In this document: positions 25,444 through 31,400 of the stretch, piece by piece
How the letters are laid out: each line of letters opens with the position of its first letter
Numbering within the stretch: position 1 is the first letter of the stretch
Assembly (NCBI GenBank): GCA_051382305.1
Contig: JBBCAV010000292.1
Location: 1 to 31,400 of the forward strand
Direction of reading: 5' to 3'
From: Bdellovibrionota bacterium FG-2
GTDB taxonomy: Bacteria; Bdellovibrionota; UBA1018
DNA: 31,400 bases
Program-made: the position numbers and the translations under genes
Notes under the pieces: generated by a model
What the model was told of the DNA's origin: nothing
Databases searched by the model: none
What the model saw: the letters and a program-made list of their open reading frames with translations, nothing else

Positions 25444-27501
25444 CTACCAAATCGAACACCTCTCCACCGGCGCCATCTTGCTCCCCGCTTTGCAGCCAAA
25501 CGACTCAGCAAACTCAGGCAGATTTTTTACCACCCCGTTGACCCGAAACTCTTCGGGCGGATGTTCGTTGGAGCCCACGATCAGGCGAAGGCTGGCCTCA
25601 GAGCGTTTCGCGCACCAAGCTTGTGCTTGAGACAAGAAGAATTGTTGGTCTTCGGCGAAGGCGCCTACCTTCGCAGCAGGAGGCCGCGTGCCCGCGATCT
25701 TCTTGTATGCATTAAAACCAATTCTTGCCCCACCTTGGTCGGCGATGTTTTCCGTGATGGTCGCTTCACCATTTATGAAAAGGCCCGGCAAGATCTCGTA
25801 GGCATTAGCTTGCTTCACCAGGCAGGCGGTGCGTGTCTCAAAGTCCTTCTTCACTTGAGGTGCCCACCAGTCTTTGAAGTTTCCGTTTTCATCAAACTGG
25901 CTCCCGTTGCTATCAAAGCCATGAATCAACTCATGGCCAATGGTGGTTGCACCGAGTGAGCCATAATTCGCCCCGGTGCTCGCAGTGAGATCGAGGATTG
26001 GCGGAATCAATTCCCCGATTGGAAGTACCATTTCATTTAACGAAGGATCGTAATACGCGTTGGCTTCCCAAGGCGCCATGTACCACTCGGAGCGGTCTAC
26101 TGGTTTGCCGATCTTATTGAGGTTCCGATGAGATTCAAAAATAGAAGTTTGAATGGTGTTTTCAAGCAATCCAGAAGCCTTAATCGCAAGCTCGTCGTAG
26201 TTTCTCCAATGATCAGGAAAGGCGATCTTCTTTCCAAGGGTCTTGAGCTTCGCTATAGCTAGAGCTTTTGTTGGTGCATCCAGCCAGTCCAGCGCTTGAA
26301 CGTCGGCTGCGAAAACGTCTCCGATTGCAGCAAACATGGATTCCGTTTCTGCGCGAATCGCATCGGCCGAAAGCTGGCTGACATAAGCCTCGCCGAGAGC
26401 CTCGCTCATAGTGCCTTCGATCATCTTCGTGCAAGTTTCCCAACGAGCTTCTTGAACTTTTTGGCCCTTGAGGGTTTTCGTGAAAAAATCAAAATGCTCG
26501 GCTGACAAGGCTTTCGAAATCTCCGTCGCAAAACCGAGAACAATCTGCCACTTCAAATAAAGGCGGATCTTGCCGGCAGGGGTGGTTGCCAGGAGCTTAT
26601 TCAAATCACCCAAGAAAGTAGGATCGCTCAAATTGATCGCTTCAACCGAAGTAGCGCCTAACGCCTTAAAGTACGTGTCCCACTTTATGTTCGAAACGGT
26701 GTTCGCAAGGCCTGCACGATCCGAGAAATGATTGGTTTTTGATGAGTCCATGCGATCCGCAAGTGTCATGGCACTCTTTGCGAGTTGCGTTTCAAACCCT
26801 AGAATGAACTTCGCGTTTGCGCGTGCATGCATTTTGGATTGACCCAATAAATGCAGGGTTCGGGCGATGTGGCGTTCATATTGGGTGAGGAGGTCCTTTG
26901 ATTTCTTGTCCGTTTTTACATAGTAACTTTGATCAGGCAGTCCTATGCCGCCTTGATCGGCGTAGCCAATCACTTTGGTGGAGTCGTTCAAATCTGAGGA
27001 CGCATAGAAATTAAAAAGTGCGCCGACGCCCATCAGATGCAGTTCAGCAAGCGTTTCGGCAAATTTGTCTGGAGATTTCGCAGTATCGACTTTTCTAAAG
27101 AGGTCCCTGAGAATCGGAGCAGAAGCTTTGTCGATGGCGGCTTCGTCCATGCAACTTGTGTAGAGATCCCCAAGCTTCTGTGCGTTTTTGGTATTTATGG
27201 TAAAATCGCTTTTGGCGTAGGCTTTTAGAATTTCATTAAGTGCTTCATTGGCTTGGTCCTCAAGCCCTGAGAACTGTCGGTAGTACGAAGACTTGTCACC
27301 AGGTAGAGTGAAGCCGTCGATCCAGTTTCCGCAGGCATAGTGATAAAAATCATCGCAAGGGTCGATTTTCGCGTTGATCGCCGAAAGGTCGATGATCGCC
27401 GGAGTGGCGACAGGATTCTCAGTGGTTGCCAACGCGTGAGTGGCGGCATTTAGGAGTGTCAGAGCGAGTGTGAAAAGCAAAATCAGGCTGGGTCGAAACA
27501 T
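25444..27501 (-). CDS. Secreted M13 (neprilysin/PepO) zinc metallopeptidase
   Basis: Motifs PCDDFYHYACGNW, NAYY, GHELIHGFD, ENIAD and HPPEEFRVNG, ending CSIW. Start moved to ATG27501, which has SD GAGG and begins a signal peptide. Confidence 0.95.
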   Translation of the reverse strand: MFRPSLILLFTLALTLLNAATHALATTENPVATPAIIDLSAINAKIDPCDDFYHYACGNWIDGFTLPGDKSSYYRQFSGLEDQANEALNEILKAYAKSDFTINTKNAQKLGDLYTSCMDEAAIDKASAPILRDLFRKVDTAKSPDKFAETLAELHLMGVGALFNFYASSDLNDSTKVIGYADQGGIGLPDQSYYVKTDKKSKDLLTQYERHIARTLHLLGQSKMHARANAKFILGFETQLAKSAMTLADRMDSSKTNHFSDRAGLANTVSNIKWDTYFKALGATSVEAINLSDPTFLGDLNKLLATTPAGKIRLYLKWQIVLGFATEISKALSAEHFDFFTKTLKGQKVQEARWETCTKMIEGTMSEALGEAYVSQLSADAIRAETESMFAAIGDVFAADVQALDWLDAPTKALAIAKLKTLGKKIAFPDHWRNYDELAIKASGLLENTIQTSIFESHRNLNKIGKPVDRSEWYMAPWEANAYYDPSLNEMVLPIGELIPPILDLTASTGANYGSLGATTIGHELIHGFDSNGSQFDENGNFKDWWAPQVKKDFETRTACLVKQANAYEILPGLFINGEATITENIADQGGARIGFNAYKKIAGTRPPAAKVGAFAEDQQFFLSQAQAWCAKRSEASLRLIVGSNEHPPEEFRVNGVVKNLPEFAESFGCKAGSKMAPVERCSIW

Positions 27502-27703
27502 GGCGTAGATCCTCGAGTTAAAGTTCGTGTTTGCAATAGTGATGGGCCATCTGTGCAAACTTCGTGCAAAGGGAGATAGAACGAGGAGAATAATAAATCT
27601 AGCGGAAAAATATAGAGTTATCCAAGCTACGCTCACTATGTGAGACTTCGATCCCCCCTCCTTTTTGCCCCTGGGGCCAAGATGAACCTAGTTATCTGCA
27701 TCA

Positions 27704-27744
27704 GAAAATAGAAAGGGGCCTCGTCAAACTTCGACGAGACCCCT
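27704..27744 (-). terminator. Rho-independent terminator after the trypsin-like gene
   Basis: Minus strand AGGGGTCTCGTC-loop-GACGAGGCCCCT (one G-U pair), followed by TTCTATTTT. Confidence 0.8.
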
Positions 27745-27807
27745 GTGTGCTTGTGGCACTAATGAGAAGACGATGAGACCGGTTAAAACGAGCAGTTTGT
27801 TACAGTC

Positions 27808-28632
27808 TCACTTTCCTCTCAATGTTTTTGCGGCCTTCTTCAGAAAGCTGCTATATGACGTGATTTTTGTGTAAATCGATTGGTGAATGCAATCATCAGG
27901 AGCATTCGCAGGGTACCCACGGCTTGTGACACCGACCAAGAGTAGGTCAGCTCCAGATTTAATGAAGGCAGGCCCCCCTGAGTCTCCGTGGCAGCCCCCA
28001 CGACCGGAGCTTTGATCAAAGAGAATTTCAGTGGTCGAAAACTTAGGATTGAGAATCGTGACATCAGCTTTGCGAAGCGTTCCGGCGCCGACTTGTGTGT
28101 AGGCATCGGTGATCCCGTAACCTGCGAGTGTGATGGATCCGCCTTTTTTGAGAGCAGCAGCCTTCGTGAGAAGTTTCACTTTTGAAAAGCCCGCTGGAAT
28201 TCCACCGGCAAAACTTACGAGCGCGATATCGCCCGTATTCTTTTCGTTCGACTGATTTGACCACCAGGTGGGATTCACGACGACACCAGTTACTTGAACA
28301 ACTTTTGCTTTCGGCGCGCGCATATCTTGGGCAAAAACAAGTCCGATTCCCTCATCCATTTCCACGCAATGCGCGGCCGTGACTGCAAGGTCCACGTCGA
28401 TGATCGAAGCCGTACAGAGTGCTCCACCATTGATGAGGCCGACTGTTGATTTCGAAATCACGTCGGTAGCGTTGACAAGGGAGCCTCCTACGATCCAATT
28501 ATTATCGTCGGTAAATTTGTCCCAGTTGCCGGCGAACGCTGTTTGGGAAAGCGCAAAACTTAAAGCGATGACAGCGCTTAAGCTGAAACGTTGATTGGAT
28601 CCTCTTTTATTCTCTCTTGATTTGGTATTCAC
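27808..28632 (-). CDS. Secreted trypsin-like S1 serine protease
   Basis: IVGG mature N-terminus; TAAHC, DIAL and CHGDSGGP motifs; signal peptide ending AFA. GTG28632 follows SD AAGGAGG. Confidence 0.95.
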   Translation of the reverse strand: MNTKSRENKRGSNQRFSLSAVIALSFALSQTAFAGNWDKFTDDNNWIVGGSLVNATDVISKSTVGLINGGALCTASIIDVDLAVTAAHCVEMDEGIGLVFAQDMRAPKAKVVQVTGVVVNPTWWSNQSNEKNTGDIALVSFAGGIPAGFSKVKLLTKAAALKKGGSITLAGYGITDAYTQVGAGTLRKADVTILNPKFSTTEILFDQSSGRGGCHGDSGGPAFIKSGADLLLVGVTSRGYPANAPDDCIHQSIYTKITSYSSFLKKAAKTLRGK

Positions 28633-28686
28633 AAAACCTCCTTGGTGAAACCTGTTGTGGCGTCGCTTTCGCGACACGTGGCATAG

Positions 28687-28703
28687 AGCAACCGCTGTGC
28701 CAG
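28687..28703 (-). promoter_or_regulatory. Sigma-54 (-24/-12) promoter of the protease gene
   Basis: Minus strand CTGGCACAGCGGTTGCT matches TGGCAC-N5-TTGCW, about 55 nt upstream of the start. Confidence 0.8.
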
Positions 28704-28905
28704 GGTGATTTGCTTGAATTGATTCGTGATTATAGAAAATGAATAAAAACTGGTGGAATCTGGCACCACCCCTTTTATAGGGTGGTTGAATCTGGGGTGT
28801 GCCGGGGGTGTGAAAGATTTTTGTTCAGAATGATAAGTATTCATATTATCGATTTTAGTTTTATAGTGCTCCGAGTTAAATGACGTTTCATGGAGGTTAG
28901 ATTTT

Positions 28906-29421
28906 ATGTTCTATAAGAGTTTTTTAGTGGTGGTTTCATCGGTGTTCTTGGTGACTTCGACACTTGTTCCGCAAAAGTCTTACGCCCTCGTAGCAGTTGC
29001 GACGGCAGACGCGCCGGTGGTCCTGGGTGGCGTTGCCGTGAGCGCGCTGGGGTGGGGACTTGTTGTTGGTGGAGCGAGCAAACTGAACAAGGGTGATGGA
29101 CGAGGGGGCCTCGTGTTTCTAGTAGGAGCGATGATCACGGGGATGGGACTTATCATGCTTGACGAAGAAGGGGGTCAGCGCGTTCAATTTGCGGAGCTTG
29201 ATACTGCTCATGCTGAGGCACTTGGAGTTTCTGTTCCTTCGTTGGAAAAATACAACCAAGAACTTGATGAGCTTAATGCGATAAGCAATTCAATCAGTGC
29301 TGAGTTGGCGACATACGAGAGTCCTACCATCGAAGATTCTGCTAAACTCTGGAAAGAGTATCGCGAAAATCTGAGCCCAGAGACTTTTGAAGTTGTCGTG
29401 AAAGTTGTTTCTCAGATTTAG
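28906..29421 (+). CDS. Exported hypothetical protein with Gly-rich hydrophobic hairpin and acidic helical C-terminus
   Basis: SD GGAGG; signal-like N-terminus ending SYA; two further hydrophobic segments. Confidence 0.75.
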   Translation: MFYKSFLVVVSSVFLVTSTLVPQKSYALVAVATADAPVVLGGVAVSALGWGLVVGGASKLNKGDGRGGLVFLVGAMITGMGLIMLDEEGGQRVQFAELDTAHAEALGVSVPSLEKYNQELDELNAISNSISAELATYESPTIEDSAKLWKEYRENLSPETFEVVVKVVSQI

Positions 29422-29434
29422 TAGTTTATATGAG

Positions 29435-29482
29435 AGCACCAAGGACTGCGGCGACTAAACTCCCGCAGCCCCTGGTGCTTTT
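29435..29482. terminator. Probable bidirectional terminator between convergent genes
   Basis: AGCACCAAGGACTGCGG pairs with CCGCAGCCCCTGGTGCT, followed by a T run on the plus strand. The two mismatches become G-U pairs on the minus strand. Confidence 0.7.
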
Positions 29483-29503
29483 AATGGGACAAGAACTAAG
29501 ACG

Positions 29504-31123
29504 CTAGAGTGTAAACGGAAGCGTCGGAACCGTCACTGCTGGGATCGTTTCCGCTGCGGGTATAGCGACGAGTTCGTTAGTTGTTACGGTATGTGCGCCC
29601 AAAAGATAACTTGGAGTTGTGCTTCCTGGCGAGGTTGAAGCCGTTACCGTGAAGGTTCCATTGCAACTAACAACCGGTGCGAAGTCGATGAGACTGTCGG
29701 CGCCAGCGATGGTAAACAGTCCGGCCGCATCCTTAGAGAACGTCTGCTTTTGGAGTTTGGTCACATACGAGCTCACTGGAAAACTCGTCGCTCCGGGTGT
29801 TTTGAGTCCGATAGCCCCAAGCCAATCGCAGAACATCTTGTCAGCCCAAAGGCTGCTGGTGGTGTCTGTGATTGAGGCAATGTCAGCGCCAAATCCAAAG
29901 TAAGCGGTTCCAGCTCCGGCGGCATTTACTGAAACAGCGAAAGTGCGAGTTGCTAGATCCGCGCGTCCTGCTTGCCAAGCATAGTGCATCGTAGAGGCTC
30001 CAGTCGTTTGATTGAACGTTGCGATGATCTTGTTGGCGTCAGAACCGTAGGCGTCCTTCGAGTAGTCGATTCGACCTGAGGTGGTTGAAAAGAAATCAGC
30101 ACTAGAGGTTTCTCGGTTTTGCGCCGAATCCAACGCAAAAGTCAGGACGTCGCCTGTCTGCTGGTAAATGAGAGAAATTCCACGATAAGCGACCGAGCTT
30201 GCAACGCGGGCAGGAGGGGGGCCGTTACCGCCAGAAGTTGTTCCTTCAGGAATCGTCGCCTTGAGGTATCCTACAAAGTCAGTGTTATTCGCATTTTTGG
30301 GGTTGTGAATAATCGTGACCGCCGATGATCCTCCACTTGTATTCGTGTATGCGAAGGTGGTCTTATAGACCGCGGTTGAATCGGCCGTTACGTCTGCAAG
30401 GCGCTCGAGTGTCGCGACTGTGAATGTGACACCCGTAACTGCAGGCATGACCGAGAGTCCATCGATCGAGGCGCCCACTGCCGGGAGTGCTTGTCCTGCT
30501 GCACCAAGCGCCGTAATAAGTGTCGCTTGCATTTTTACGAGTTTATTCGCGAATTGAGGCGTTCCTGACATCAAAGCGTTCAGCTGAGCAGCGGCGCAAG
30601 GAGTGGAATCCGTGTTGCTTGCGGTATCGTAGACTATTCCGAGGTCACCGACGGGTCTACCGCCGCCGCCACCGTTTGCTGTATTGTCAACCCATGCAGG
30701 GCCAAAACAATCGGCTGAACTTCGAGTAACTTCCATTTTTCCAATTTTTGCTGCAAGCGCGGTAGGATCGGCGGCAGCAAGGTCCGCTTTAAGTTCGTCG
30801 ACCATTTGACCCATGGGCTTTACGTCCGATACGCTCGAAGTTGTTTCAGCGGCGGTCACTCTAAACCAACCCGGGAATATATTTACGGCAAACGCAGATG
30901 ATGAGCTTGCGGTAGGAGATGTGATTGCAACAGTCGCTACGGCTGCCGAAAGACTACTGGCAGTCGACGTGGCAGCAGGAGATGGTGATGCTTCAGCCGC
31001 GGGCGCGGCGGCCGTTGATCCACAGCCGATTAGGCTGGGTGCCGTACAAATTGACAGAACAGCGATGGTCGCGAGTGAACTGTAAATAAATTTCTTTTTA
31101 CTAATATTCTCACTAATATTCAT
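29504..31123 (-). CDS. Large Ala/Thr/Ser-rich lipoprotein of unknown function (about 539 aa)
   Basis: Start moved to ATG31123 (SD AGGAGG). KKK, hydrophobic stretch and LIG-C lipobox, then an A/P/S/T linker and a beta-rich body with four Cys. Confidence 0.8.
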   Translation of the reverse strand: MNISENISKKKFIYSSLATIAVLSICTAPSLIGCGSTAAAPAAEASPSPAATSTASSLSAAVATVAITSPTASSSSAFAVNIFPGWFRVTAAETTSSVSDVKPMGQMVDELKADLAAADPTALAAKIGKMEVTRSSADCFGPAWVDNTANGGGGGRPVGDLGIVYDTASNTDSTPCAAAQLNALMSGTPQFANKLVKMQATLITALGAAGQALPAVGASIDGLSVMPAVTGVTFTVATLERLADVTADSTAVYKTTFAYTNTSGGSSAVTIIHNPKNANNTDFVGYLKATIPEGTTSGGNGPPPARVASSVAYRGISLIYQQTGDVLTFALDSAQNRETSSADFFSTTSGRIDYSKDAYGSDANKIIATFNQTTGASTMHYAWQAGRADLATRTFAVSVNAAGAGTAYFGFGADIASITDTTSSLWADKMFCDWLGAIGLKTPGATSFPVSSYVTKLQKQTFSKDAAGLFTIAGADSLIDFAPVVSCNGTFTVTASTSPGSTTPSYLLGAHTVTTNELVAIPAAETIPAVTVPTLPFTL

Positions 31124-31400
31124 GGTGCTCCTCCTATGAGCGAATGGTTGCAGATCTGAATCTGCTATGTTTATGCTTTCCATAGAGTGTAACAAGACAT
31201 TAGATGAAAAAAAACAAATAAACGAGCCTATTTTAAGCGGAATCAGCAGTTCGCAAACCTCCAAAAATGCCAATGGGCCTGGCATGTTGGGGAGATGGCT
31301 TTCGCAGGATAAATCAGAAAAAGCCAATCATTTTGTGATCCACGCTGGATGATTCACTTTTCTTTCGCAGATCGGCTTTAAAACGATGACATCGCGTATC

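Noticed and set aside
27553-27570. Sigma-54-like site upstream of the M13 peptidase (minus strand TTTGCACGAAGTTTGCA)
   Set aside because: The invariant -24 GG reads TG. It may be just a GTGCAAA direct repeat with 11-bp period.
27638-27680. tRNA-like TTCGATCCC segment
   Set aside because: No GTTC T-loop context and no cloverleaf can be formed.
27502-31327. Longer N-termini given by the ORF track for the M13 peptidase (27636), trypsin (28677) and lipoprotein (31327)
   Set aside because: Downstream starts have SD sites and place signal peptides at the N-terminus. The trypsin extension also begins at about the predicted sigma-54 transcription start.
1-31400. CRISPR array, rRNA, integrase, transposase or prophage genes
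   Set aside because: No spaced direct repeats or diagnostic motifs were seen by eye; short or degenerate elements could have been missed.

Overview
Bacterial chromosomal window of roughly 50% GC. It is probably from a Bdellovibrionota-like organism, inferred from a TIGR02147/DUF4423-type regulator remnant, Gly-rich secreted orphans, and secreted trypsin and M13 peptidases. The left part holds the 3' end of an aldehyde dehydrogenase, a broken AlbA/Schlafen-HATPase-wHTH gene, and an intact but reduced minus-strand dcw cluster. Its order is class II aldolase-rsmH-ftsL-ftsI-murE-mraY-murD-ftsW-murG-murC-murB, with no mraZ, murF, ddl, ftsQ, ftsA or ftsZ in the window. The middle holds a 26-bp inverted repeat, a frameshifted FlgC-like gene that unexpectedly carries a Sec signal peptide and four Cys, and a tightly coupled operon of an OPA-family MFS transporter, NfnAB and a lipoprotein. 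The right part holds a HAD hydrolase, four decayed genes (GNAT, DUF5680-like, cytidine deaminase, TIGR02147-like), MgtC, an RHH/MazF toxin-antitoxin pair, secreted peptidases (one behind a consensus sigma-54 promoter) and a large orphan lipoprotein. The most striking pattern is that seven genes have a TANNNT -10 box exactly 6 nt before the start codon and no Shine-Dalgarno, which suggests leaderless transcription. Five other export-signal genes have strong SD sites. No rRNA, tRNA, CRISPR array or transposase was seen. All family calls come from motif recognition by eye; no searches were run.
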